A stretch of 64,000 bases of DNA from a virus. This document shows, one piece after another, positions 26,517 to 35,223 of the stretch. A program made the position numbers and the translations under genes. The stretch is taken from IMG/VR virus record IMGVR_UViG_3300028364_000018, positions 58,488 to 122,487 of that record; one strand, 5' to 3'. The first letter of the stretch is position 1. Every line of letters starts with the position of its first letter. The notes under the pieces were generated by a model. That model did no database searches and was not told the origin of the DNA. It saw only the letters and a program-made list of their open reading frames with translations.

Positions 26517-27011
26517 ATGGAAACCACCTACAAACAAGCTGAAGTAGACGCTATTCTTAAAGAGACAACTCCTGTAATTCAGGAGTTGATGGAAGAGTGT
26601 ATAAAACTGGCTGACGAAAACAAGGACCTTCAAGCCCGTTTGGAAGCGCAAGCAACTAAAATGGCTGAGAAGCAAGCTGAGTCGGAGAAGGTGGTGCTGG
26701 AGAAGGTGGCGCAGGCTCGTAACGGTATCTTTGATGTCCGGGAAATCCGGGACCTCGTAGATGGTATGAAGCTCGCCGGATACATCGTAAAAGAGGAAGA
26801 CGCTAAGGACGTGATGAACGCGATTAGCAACGACCCAGGGCAGTTGCTTAAGGTGGCTGCCACTATTTTAAAACTTTCTACTCCCGCGCCGATTTCCGGT
26901 CAGGGAGTGAATAAAACCGCAGGACACGCTAACCATGGTTCTAATCAGGGTCTTTCATCCGAATGGGTGGAAGATGGCTGGTTGGATATCATAAGTAGCG
27001 GAGAATGCTAA
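26517..27011 (+). CDS. Coiled-coil scaffold/core protein
   Basis: Heptad pattern; 8 K-x-A sites. Confidence 0.55.
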   Translation: METTYKQAEVDAILKETTPVIQELMEECIKLADENKDLQARLEAQATKMAEKQAESEKVVLEKVAQARNGIFDVREIRDLVDGMKLAGYIVKEEDAKDVMNAISNDPGQLLKVAATILKLSTPAPISGQGVNKTAGHANHGSNQGLSSEWVEDGWLDIISSGEC

Positions 27012-27036
27012 ACCACAACCGATAGGAGCACGCAAC

Positions 27037-27654
27037 ATGAACGACAATTATGGTCTAGTAAATGAACGTATCGCACCTCGTATTGAGGTTCTCCGTGGCT
27101 ACCGCCCGGAAACCCCGTATGAAATGCGGACGGCGTACCCTGTCGCCTTCGGAGTCACCATCAAAAGTGGACAGGTCATCGCCCCCAAGTGGAACGCGAC
27201 AGCCCTCACTTATGAATGGGTTCTCCCCGGTGCTGGAACTGGCCATGTGGCTGATTTCTACTGGGCTGCAGATGACTCAACGGACGAGGACGTCCAAGAA
27301 GCCGGCAAATTGCCCGCACTCTCATGTGCTGGTCAGTTCGAATTTGAAACCCCGTACTTTGACGCTGACGGCACGTACACCGTTGGGGCACAGCTTACAC
27401 CTGACCTGGATAATCCAGGGGATGTGAAAGTAGTGACACCCAATGATGGCACACTGCCTGTTATTGGTCAGATCTCTCGGGTGAGCCCCGTGGCTTTACA
27501 GTCCACCGTAAATGGTGTACGCAAAAGTCGCAATTCGAACGTCAAACCCCGAGTCGCAGACCCGGACAACGTCGGTGAGTTGATGGTTAATCCACGTCTC
27601 AACGTCATAACCATCCGTACCATTAGCATTCCCGCTACTGTTGCCATCGCCTAA
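27037..27654 (+). CDS. Capsid decoration/cement protein (putative)
   Basis: Beta-rich 205 aa immediately upstream of the major capsid gene; strong SD aggag. Confidence 0.55.
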   Translation: MNDNYGLVNERIAPRIEVLRGYRPETPYEMRTAYPVAFGVTIKSGQVIAPKWNATALTYEWVLPGAGTGHVADFYWAADDSTDEDVQEAGKLPALSCAGQFEFETPYFDADGTYTVGAQLTPDLDNPGDVKVVTPNDGTLPVIGQISRVSPVALQSTVNGVRKSRNSNVKPRVADPDNVGELMVNPRLNVITIRTISIPATVAIA

Positions 27655-27666
27655 GGAGCCAAGCAA

Positions 27667-28647
27667 ATGAACGAAAACGAAGATATCGAAATCGTTGATG
27701 CCGCTAAGGAAGCCGAGTACTCTCGACAACTCCTGGACGTAATCAACAACGCCGAAAATGGGCAATTGAACAAAGTGGCCAGCGCCGGTACCAGTATGAT
27801 TCGTCGTCGTCTCCGTGAAAACGGTTTCACGCGTCGGATTCTGCCACACACTGACGTTGACGACAGTGCCCTCGCCGAACTGCCGAACTCCGACAGACCT
27901 GCGATCATTGAATACATGGAACCTGACAGTCCTGGTGCCGTCTCCTTGTCGTTTAACGACTCGGCTGACACGCACTTCTACCGGGCTGACAAGTTCATCG
28001 TGTACTTCTCTAAGATCAGTACGCCGGAGTTCACCAAAAATGTAGATGAGTTACGCACCATGCGTATTCCTTTGCGCGAGGTGGTGACCGACAATGCACT
28101 GAAAGACATCCAGACTCATGAAGATGAGCGCTTCCTCCAGTACGTGGACCGGATCCTCGGTACATCTGGAATTGTGGGCGCGGCTGGTGCCATTGGTGCT
28201 TCTGGTGAACAACAGTGGTTCGAAGACCCTGCGTCTATCACCCGTGAATCCTACATCGACAGTATCTCCCACTTGGAAGATGCGGGCCTTAACAACGGTA
28301 CGTTCTTGCTTAACCGCAAAACCGCCTTGGAATGGGTCAAGTTCGCTCGGGAAGAATCTGGTGGAGACCTCGCGGAACGTACGCTAATCGAAGGGCGTAA
28401 TGCTCTGGTTGGTGGTAAGTTCGTGGGGATTCCTCATCTGTTCACGATCAAGAAAGATCTGGTGCCCGACGACGCTGTTTATCAGTTCGCCGAACCTGAC
28501 TATCTCGGTAAAGCCTACGTCCTGCAGAAAGTGCGTATGTTCGTTGAGAAGAAGGAGGACATCCTCCGCTTCAAAGCCGTAGAAAAACTGGGTATCACCA
28601 TTGCTAACGTAGCAGGTGTCGCACGTCATGACTTCAATGTTAGCTAA
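27667..28647 (+). CDS. Major capsid protein (HK97/encapsulin-like fold)
   Basis: 326 aa; RRRLRENGFTRRILP, ISTPEFTKNVDELR, KDIQTHEDERFL; SD aaggag; followed by a strong terminator. Confidence 0.8.
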   Translation: MNENEDIEIVDAAKEAEYSRQLLDVINNAENGQLNKVASAGTSMIRRRLRENGFTRRILPHTDVDDSALAELPNSDRPAIIEYMEPDSPGAVSLSFNDSADTHFYRADKFIVYFSKISTPEFTKNVDELRTMRIPLREVVTDNALKDIQTHEDERFLQYVDRILGTSGIVGAAGAIGASGEQQWFEDPASITRESYIDSISHLEDAGLNNGTFLLNRKTALEWVKFAREESGGDLAERTLIEGRNALVGGKFVGIPHLFTIKKDLVPDDAVYQFAEPDYLGKAYVLQKVRMFVEKKEDILRFKAVEKLGITIANVAGVARHDFNVS

Positions 28648-28673
28648 ACAGTAACAACGAGTCATGTACTAAG

Positions 28674-28707
28674 AAAGGCGGGTAGTGTAAACTACCCGCC
28701 TTTTTTT
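28674..28707 (+). terminator. Rho-independent terminator
   Basis: AAAGGCGGGTAGT-GTAA-ACTACCCGCCTTT plus T run. Confidence 0.9.
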
Positions 28708-28708
28708 A

Positions 28709-28736
28709 TGGACAAAATTAAAAAGATTGGCATACT
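28709..28736 (+). promoter_or_regulatory. Sigma70-like promoter
   Basis: TGGACA-N16-CATACT, 6 nt before ATG 28743. Confidence 0.55.
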
Positions 28737-28742
28737 GCGACT

Positions 28743-29792
28743 ATGAAACTAACATCTGACTCTCCCACTTTTATACTGGCGTTTTGCCAAGAATGCGAAG
28801 ACCATGGTTTGAACGAGAAACAAGCTGGTGAACTCTACCACCTATCACGCCTGGATGAGGCTGGAGACAGCCCTGAGTTTGCTGAGGGGTTTAGAGAGGG
28901 ATTGGAGAAGCAGGCGGTTAAGCCCTTCATCATGTTTCCTAAGTCTACGGTCGCAAAAACGGTCGCAAAAAGGGTCACTAATGAAGCAGCCCGGGCAGCG
29001 CCCGCCGCTGGAGCAGTAGCGCGCAAGGCCAGGAAACCTACCTTGAAGAAGACCCTGCAGTGGGGCGGAGGCCTCGCAGGCCTCGCAGGAGGTGGTTTGG
29101 GACTCTCCGCACTAGGTGGAGGCCTAGCGTCAGGTGGTAATCCGTTTAAGGCGTTCACAGGGCATTCCAGTAACGTGATGGATGCGTACATGATGCCTAA
29201 CATCCCAACCTGGGCTCTCCCCGGACAAGGTCAGACCTCTAACTCCAGAAGCTCCGGCAGGAATGCCTTCAGTCATATAGACGGGTTTGCATCAAACTCT
29301 ACGGGCGCCCCGGCATCCAACACCCCCAGTGCATTACTCATAGCCCAACAGGCCAAACAACGTCTAGGAGAGCTTGATAAGCAGATAGCGGGGTTACAAG
29401 GCCGTACAACCGAAACAGGATTGGCCGGAACCCTTCAATCCCGACAAATACAGAGCCAGATCCGGGAGTTGAACAAACAACGAGCCGAAGCCAGCCGTCA
29501 GATGGTTGGATCCTATACTGGAGGGTTCTTGGGCGACCAACGCCGTGGCCTGCGTCAAATCAGCGACCGACTTGGGACCCTTACCTCTCGTCAGGGGCAG
29601 TTGGAGGATAAAGCAACGGGCATGAACGACTACCTGCAAAACAGCGGACGTAAATGGTACGGACGGTCTTGGAATTGGCTGACAGGCGTAGAGAACCGTG
29701 CGGAGAGCATTCTCAGCAGCCAAGCCCAACTTGAGCGTGAGATGGAGTATCTCAGACAGGCTCGCTACAACCTTCATAACCCGGCGATGTAA
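28743..29792 (+). CDS. Putative internal head protein
   Basis: FAEGFREGLEKQA motif, then a Gly-rich segment and coiled coil. Confidence 0.55.
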   Translation: MKLTSDSPTFILAFCQECEDHGLNEKQAGELYHLSRLDEAGDSPEFAEGFREGLEKQAVKPFIMFPKSTVAKTVAKRVTNEAARAAPAAGAVARKARKPTLKKTLQWGGGLAGLAGGGLGLSALGGGLASGGNPFKAFTGHSSNVMDAYMMPNIPTWALPGQGQTSNSRSSGRNAFSHIDGFASNSTGAPASNTPSALLIAQQAKQRLGELDKQIAGLQGRTTETGLAGTLQSRQIQSQIRELNKQRAEASRQMVGSYTGGFLGDQRRGLRQISDRLGTLTSRQGQLEDKATGMNDYLQNSGRKWYGRSWNWLTGVENRAESILSSQAQLEREMEYLRQARYNLHNPAM

Positions 29793-29995
29793 TGAGCTTG
29801 AAGTACGAGCAATACCGAGCCCTTCATGCTACTCAAAAGTTATTGAGAGCACTTAATCTCGGCGAGCACGGGGCAAGTCCGGAGTTACAGGAGATGGCAC
29901 GGCGTTGTCTCCGACATTACCCTTTTCTATCCAGGAAAGGTGAGCCACTATTTAGTCAGGACGACTTTGAGTGTCTGGACTTGGAGGACGGATGA
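29792..29995 (+). CDS. Small hypothetical phage protein
   Basis: EQYRAL..T.K.L..RRCLRHYP; coupled to both neighbours. Confidence 0.6.
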   Translation: MSLKYEQYRALHATQKLLRALNLGEHGASPELQEMARRCLRHYPFLSRKGEPLFSQDDFECLDLEDG

Positions 29996-30399
29996 ATAAT
30001 AATGATATACTTATAGCGTCTAGGCTCTTAAAGAGCGCCCTTACCGCCTCAGAGCCATTGGATGACCCGGCCTACTTTGAGCTCGGGCGAAGGTCCTTCG
30101 AAGGCGACAATCGCCGGTTGCAGATACTGAACGGGCAGGTCGTTCCGGATCCTCCGTCTAGGTGGGAAACGGCTCTACGAGCGTTGGCGGGAGCCGGTAT
30201 AGGAGGGGTTACTGGCAATATGTTTGGTAGGATGTCAGACGACCCGGACTTACAACTGTTATCCACGCTGGTGGGGGCCGGAGTAGGCGGGGCTTTGGGG
30301 CAACGTGGATCTCATCTACCGAAGGCTCGACAACAACAGGCTGCGGCGGATTACCTGCGACATCTTCACTCCTTAAAATATCAGCAGGAAGAACAATGA
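29992..30399 (+). CDS. Leader-bearing Gly-zipper protein
   Basis: ATG 29992; MNNNDILIASRLLKSA; two GAG.GG glycine zippers. Confidence 0.6.
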   Translation: MNNNDILIASRLLKSALTASEPLDDPAYFELGRRSFEGDNRRLQILNGQVVPDPPSRWETALRALAGAGIGGVTGNMFGRMSDDPDLQLLSTLVGAGVGGALGQRGSHLPKARQQQAAADYLRHLHSLKYQQEEQ

Positions 30400-30818
30400 G
30401 CTATCTAACCGTTGAAGACGTACAGGACTTTATGATGGACCGAGGAGTGGAGGACAACGACCTGGAGTTGGATCTGGCGTTCGCCCCAGAAGAGATCCAA
30501 AAGGCAATGAACCGGGCTGCCCGGGAGTACAACAGCATCCCGCCTCTGGGTATAAGCAGCGCACACGGCAATCGCCTACCGGACGACACCAACATATTTT
30601 TGTATGCGACTTCAGAGCAACTATGCAGATCGCTGTTGCACAAGCTTCGTCGCAATGATGTGGACTACACCGCGGGCGGGGTGGGAGTGAATTTGGTGGC
30701 GAAGCGCATACAGCATCTCCGAGAGCAGGTACAGGAAGAACGTGCGCTATGGGAGCCTCGGGCTCGTGAATTTAAGATCCGGATGAATCTGGATCAGGCT
30801 TTTAGAACATTTGATTAA
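30396..30818 (+). CDS. Head-tail adaptor (putative)
   Basis: Helical 140 aa (YLTVEDVQDFM..EEIQKAM); located after the capsid block. Confidence 0.55.
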   Translation: MSYLTVEDVQDFMMDRGVEDNDLELDLAFAPEEIQKAMNRAAREYNSIPPLGISSAHGNRLPDDTNIFLYATSEQLCRSLLHKLRRNDVDYTAGGVGVNLVAKRIQHLREQVQEERALWEPRAREFKIRMNLDQAFRTFD

Positions 30819-30836
30819 TAACAAAAGGACAAGAAT

Positions 30837-31235
30837 ATGAATAATTCAGATAAATTAATGGCGGCGAAAATATTGAATGGTTTTCAAGAGAAGCAAGCTA
30901 TGGCAACAATCCTTGGAACTCTCATTGGGAGTGCCCCTGGAAACAAGAAAAACCGCGACGCCCGTTCTAACTCAGCTCAGGGCGGGGCCCTGAGGGGTGT
31001 GGGACGAGGAGCTCTAACCGGTTTAGGCGCTGACATCGGCGGTGGAGCGTTGATGATGAGCAGATTAAACCAAGCATTTGGGGCAAAATCTATATTGGAT
31101 AGAATAAAGAATCCCAAAGCACGTGCACTTGCATCAGTGCTCCAAAGCGTGGGTGCAGTGAGTGGTGGTGCATTCCTTGGTGACCGCATCGGTAAAGGTT
31201 TGACTGGTGAATACGGGTACAACCCCGAAGGTTAA
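30837..31235 (+). CDS. Leader-bearing Gly-rich protein
   Basis: MNNSDKLMAAKILNGFQEKQA. Confidence 0.6.
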   Translation: MNNSDKLMAAKILNGFQEKQAMATILGTLIGSAPGNKKNRDARSNSAQGGALRGVGRGALTGLGADIGGGALMMSRLNQAFGAKSILDRIKNPKARALASVLQSVGAVSGGAFLGDRIGKGLTGEYGYNPEG

Positions 31236-32044
31236 TGCAAATCCTAGACATCAATCTCCAACCGGCCTATGGCCAGCGTCAGGCGCTGGTCCGTTGGAGC
31301 TCTGATGTCGCGCTGGAAGCGCAGAACCCAGTCTACCACATCTACCGCTCTCCGGATGGTGCGGGTGACTGGGAGAGGGCTAATACCGATCCCGTAGACG
31401 CCCTAGAATACCTTGACACCAACTTCCATTTCAACAGCCGGCTGACGGTCCCGCACTACAGGGTTCTGGCAGTCCTACCTAATGGGGATATGATCGACAG
31501 CCCAACCAAGGGCCTATATCAGGACATGAGCCGTCAGGAGTACGCAGCGTGCTCCTACATGATACGACAGGAGTACAAGCAGATACGCCACGATGGATGG
31601 AAGATCCTACACTACATACCGCTTACCCGAGGGGAGATCCAACCAGGCTGGGACGGCACTACCGGACAACTTCTAAAGGACTGCCCTGGAGAAGACGACG
31701 GGTATGGTCAGAAGTACGTAGGCGGATACCGCGACCCATTCTACACCGTACTTCACCCGGGAGACATGGGGCCTATCATCAAGCAACGCAAGGATGATGG
31801 TATTGGTGTGTTTGACCAGAACAAGATTACAGTCCGAATGCTGGCGTTCCCCCAACCCCAACCTGGGCACCTCATTGTACACCCCTCCACTGATAACCGG
31901 TGGATGGTGACAGAGGCGGTCAAGCCATTCCTCTTTAAAGGGAACTACCCTATAGCGCACGCCTGTCAGTTGGAGCTACTCCGTAGAGAGAGCCCTGCCT
32001 ACCGCTTGCCCATCCCCGATCTTTCTACTTTGAAATTACCATGA
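31235..32044 (+). CDS. Neck/head-closure protein (putative)
   Basis: Position before the sheath; C-terminal beta-barrel-like pattern (P..GHLIV...DNRWMV). Confidence 0.5.
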   Translation: MQILDINLQPAYGQRQALVRWSSDVALEAQNPVYHIYRSPDGAGDWERANTDPVDALEYLDTNFHFNSRLTVPHYRVLAVLPNGDMIDSPTKGLYQDMSRQEYAACSYMIRQEYKQIRHDGWKILHYIPLTRGEIQPGWDGTTGQLLKDCPGEDDGYGQKYVGGYRDPFYTVLHPGDMGPIIKQRKDDGIGVFDQNKITVRMLAFPQPQPGHLIVHPSTDNRWMVTEAVKPFLFKGNYPIAHACQLELLRRESPAYRLPIPDLSTLKLP

Positions 32045-32694
32045 CCATCCCAGCCTCAGCCCGATCCTACTTTGACTGCGTCTACCACAAGCCGTGGACG
32101 CTGGTGAATATCCGCCAGTTGTTCACCATGGCCTTGCAGACCCATTGGATGCACCCAGAGCATCATCAATCGACCATAGGTACAACCGATCTAGCCTGCC
32201 TACGGTACGCGCCAGACTCTGATAAGGAGATCATCCTGAGCGAACGCCTGACAATCGCTCCCACCCACACCATAGACGAGACACGCCCTACTCAAGGGGT
32301 GTACATCGGAGTACCGGGTGGTATACAGTTCAAGAAGCTGGTGACGGATAACCTGGCGGGCACCTCTATCGATACCTCAGAAGAGATCTTCGCACACCAA
32401 GCTACTGTAGGACTGTTGTTCAGCCATCTACATAGTAATGCCGACACGGCGTTGCTCATGATGCAGTCAACCTCAGTGTTTCTCTACGCCCTTCGCAAAC
32501 ACCTAAAACAACACCCCAACTTCCTGGGTATGGACCCCGGGCAGGCTTCTGACGCCCGGCTCATCGAAAAAGCGAGCGAGCCGATGTATAGGGTTGACTT
32601 ATCCTACTCTTTCAGCTTTAATTACCAGGCAAGCGTAAGCCTGGAGAGTCACCGCCTCAAAACATATGGTGCACAACTTTCAGAAAGTGCTTGA
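32041..32694 (+). CDS. Tail completion/terminator protein (putative)
   Basis: Position immediately before the sheath; 217 aa. Confidence 0.45.
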   Translation: MTIPASARSYFDCVYHKPWTLVNIRQLFTMALQTHWMHPEHHQSTIGTTDLACLRYAPDSDKEIILSERLTIAPTHTIDETRPTQGVYIGVPGGIQFKKLVTDNLAGTSIDTSEEIFAHQATVGLLFSHLHSNADTALLMMQSTSVFLYALRKHLKQHPNFLGMDPGQASDARLIEKASEPMYRVDLSYSFSFNYQASVSLESHRLKTYGAQLSESA

Positions 32695-32719
32695 CCTGCT
32701 TCATCAAATATAGGAAACT
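32691..32719 (+). promoter_or_regulatory. Sigma70-like promoter
   Basis: TTGACC-N17-GAAACT, 6 nt before ATG 32726. Confidence 0.5.
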
Positions 32720-32725
32720 ACCATC

Positions 32726-34681
32726 ATGACAATTCCAAACTACATCCGCCCACAGCAACGCATCTTCCAATTACTGGACATCACACCCACAGCTACGGCT
32801 GGCCGGATTAATGCCCTCGTCGTGGGTCCCGCCTACTTCGTACAGCGCTACGGACAGGAAGAGCGACAGGCCTCGACCTTCGCCTCCGCCGGACAAGACC
32901 TGCTCTACACCTTTGTGGATGAGATGGGAGGAGTATCGGAGTTAGAGGACACGGACTACACTCTAGACACCGCCTCCGTACGAGTGTTCGCTGAGGATGT
33001 AGAGGCGCTGTTAAGCACGTTTGATGACACGGACCTGACCCTCGATGCCGGGCGCACCAAACTTATCAGCTCCGTAGATGACTTCCTGGGAGCCTCTCTC
33101 CGCTCCGAGCTCGACAACCGCCCTGTACAGGTGGGAGACGTGGTTGATGTGGAAGTAACTGGCGGATCGGTATTCCGCCGGACCGTCGCGTCTTTTGAGG
33201 GTGATAACACCATTATACTGAATATGGCTGTACCCGGAGCGGGTCTTGTGGGTTTTAAAACGATTTATATTCACTCTGGCGAACTTGAGGCGTCTCTACT
33301 CACAGTAGCGGGTGCCAAGGTCTCGACCGACGCGTTCATCGGGCTCACCATCGTTGGCAAGGACAGCGCAGCCGCCTTGCAGGATGGTGTAGGTAACTTG
33401 TTCGTGCAGTTCCGGGCCTTAATGAAGCCTCCGGCTGACGAGAGCTACATCAGCATCCGCTCTGCGCAGGACATCATCGACAATCTGGGCACCATTGCCC
33501 TCGATAACGATCTGGCATATGCCGCTAGTCGCGCCCTCAGTGGTTCGGGTGGTAAGCGTATCTATGCCCTGCGTGTCGCTACAGACGACGTCTCGGGCTT
33601 CTCCGCCGCCCTGAATAAGATCAGCTCTACTGATTATACCTACGCCTTGGCTCCCATCACAACCGATACGGGTGTAATGGACATTGTTGCCACCCACGTA
33701 GGAAGTATGTCCCAACCGGATGTCAAGAATTTCCGGCGCGCCTACCTTGGCTACGATAGCCCCGGCGAATACCCGGTGCTTGAGACTGTGGCCTTCACAG
33801 CCGCGACCTTTAATAGTAACGCCAACCGCTACGTAACCGTCACGAACGGTGGGTTGATTTCAGCTGGTGTTAAATCCGGTTATATCTTCCGAGCTGGTGG
33901 AGCCGATTACGAAGTACAAGAACGCATTTCCGACACAGAGTTAATTCTGACTGGTGTGGGTGCTGCGGCCGGCAACGCAGATTTACTGAGTCCCGATACC
34001 GCAAGAGGTCAGGCAGACGCCGTTATCTCTCGTGCTGGAGCGTTCGATAGCCGTCGGGTAGCACACGTATGGTCTCACAAAGGTACGTCCTTCGTCGAGG
34101 GCTCCTACCAGGTGATTCCCAATCGTTTCGCAGCATCCGAGGCCGCTGGTATACGTAGCGCGCTTCAACCTCAACAAGGTTTGACCCGTACGGAGATCAC
34201 GACCTTTACGGACGTAGCGTCCATGCACACGCTTTTCACCAACGATCTGTTGGACGAGATTGCGGCCGCCGGTACTTTCATCATCACCCAAGACGTGGAG
34301 TCTGGATCGGTCTATATTCGTCACCAGCTTACGACCGACACCTCTAATGAGAGCCTCTACTACGAAGATAGTGTGGGTACTAACCTGGACGACCTCTCCT
34401 TCAAGATTAAAGACGCGTTAGAGGGCTTCATCGGTAAGTACAACCTGACACCGCAGACCATAGCACAAGCTCGGGGGGCTGTACGGGATATCCTTCAGGA
34501 AGCTACCGAGTCTGACGCTGGAGCACAGGTGGGTGCACAGATTATCAGCTACGCCGACCTCGTAGTCCAGGCTGACCCGGTTCTTAAAGACCGCTTGCAG
34601 ATCAGTGTCACGGTCGAGATACCGCTCCCTCTCAATAACATCGACACCTACATCAGAGCCTCTATTGGCCTGACTATCTAA
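32726..34681 (+). CDS. Tail sheath protein
   Basis: 651 aa; C-terminal IRHQLTT..EDSV..NLD..FIGKYN..DRLQISVTVEIPLPLNNI is typical of sheath proteins. Confidence 0.85.
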   Translation: MTIPNYIRPQQRIFQLLDITPTATAGRINALVVGPAYFVQRYGQEERQASTFASAGQDLLYTFVDEMGGVSELEDTDYTLDTASVRVFAEDVEALLSTFDDTDLTLDAGRTKLISSVDDFLGASLRSELDNRPVQVGDVVDVEVTGGSVFRRTVASFEGDNTIILNMAVPGAGLVGFKTIYIHSGELEASLLTVAGAKVSTDAFIGLTIVGKDSAAALQDGVGNLFVQFRALMKPPADESYISIRSAQDIIDNLGTIALDNDLAYAASRALSGSGGKRIYALRVATDDVSGFSAALNKISSTDYTYALAPITTDTGVMDIVATHVGSMSQPDVKNFRRAYLGYDSPGEYPVLETVAFTAATFNSNANRYVTVTNGGLISAGVKSGYIFRAGGADYEVQERISDTELILTGVGAAAGNADLLSPDTARGQADAVISRAGAFDSRRVAHVWSHKGTSFVEGSYQVIPNRFAASEAAGIRSALQPQQGLTRTEITTFTDVASMHTLFTNDLLDEIAAAGTFIITQDVESGSVYIRHQLTTDTSNESLYYEDSVGTNLDDLSFKIKDALEGFIGKYNLTPQTIAQARGAVRDILQEATESDAGAQVGAQIISYADLVVQADPVLKDRLQISVTVEIPLPLNNIDTYIRASIGLTI

Positions 34682-34690
34682 GGAACAATT

Positions 34691-35152
34691 ATGGCACAAA
34701 CAGATATACTCGGATACAAACGCGACGTCCACCCCAACGGGCAGATCTTCTCCTCGGAGTTCGCCACCATCAGCTTGGGCTCTAAAATGGCCCTGGTGCA
34801 GAACGTGACGGCCAGCTACGGGCAAACCGTACAACCTAAGTTTGAAGTGGGCTCTCCCACCCTCTACTGGCTTACAGGTCAGCCTATGGGGCAGGTGCAG
34901 ATTGCACGACTCGTTGGACGAGGCGGCTTCTTTGATTCCTTTGGCTCATTAGAGAACTCCTGTGCTAAACTCCTTGGCCTTAAGATTGGTTTGGATGGAA
35001 CGGGCGGCTGTACAGCAGCACAATCCTCTGGGGGTTCCGGCCTTAACTTCGACGGAGGGGTTGTGTCCAACCTAACAGCATCTTTCAGCGCCGGCGACCT
35101 ACAAGTGCAGGAGGGTGCGACCATCCAGGTAGCATCCATGCGCCGCGGTTAA
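34691..35152 (+). CDS. Tail tube protein
   Basis: 153-aa beta-rich ORF after the sheath; SD aaggaa. Confidence 0.75.
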   Translation: MAQTDILGYKRDVHPNGQIFSSEFATISLGSKMALVQNVTASYGQTVQPKFEVGSPTLYWLTGQPMGQVQIARLVGRGGFFDSFGSLENSCAKLLGLKIGLDGTGGCTAAQSSGGSGLNFDGGVVSNLTASFSAGDLQVQEGATIQVASMRRG

Positions 35153-35164
35153 TCTCGTTTGTAC

Positions 35165-35210
35165 TTGCCTTTAAGGCGTTAGGTGTCATATAATAGACAC
35201 CTAACGCCTT
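35165..35210 (+). promoter_or_regulatory. Promoter with -10 element inside the loop of a 15-bp inverted repeat
   Basis: TTGCCT-N18-TATAAT; stem AAGGCGTTAGGTGTC / GACACCTAACGCCTT. Confidence 0.6.
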
Positions 35211-35223
35211 TAATGTGTAATTT

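Noticed and set aside
25846-29100. Short tandem duplications (TPEG x2, TVAK x2, GLA repeats)
   Set aside because: In-frame 9-12-bp slippage duplications in low-complexity linkers.
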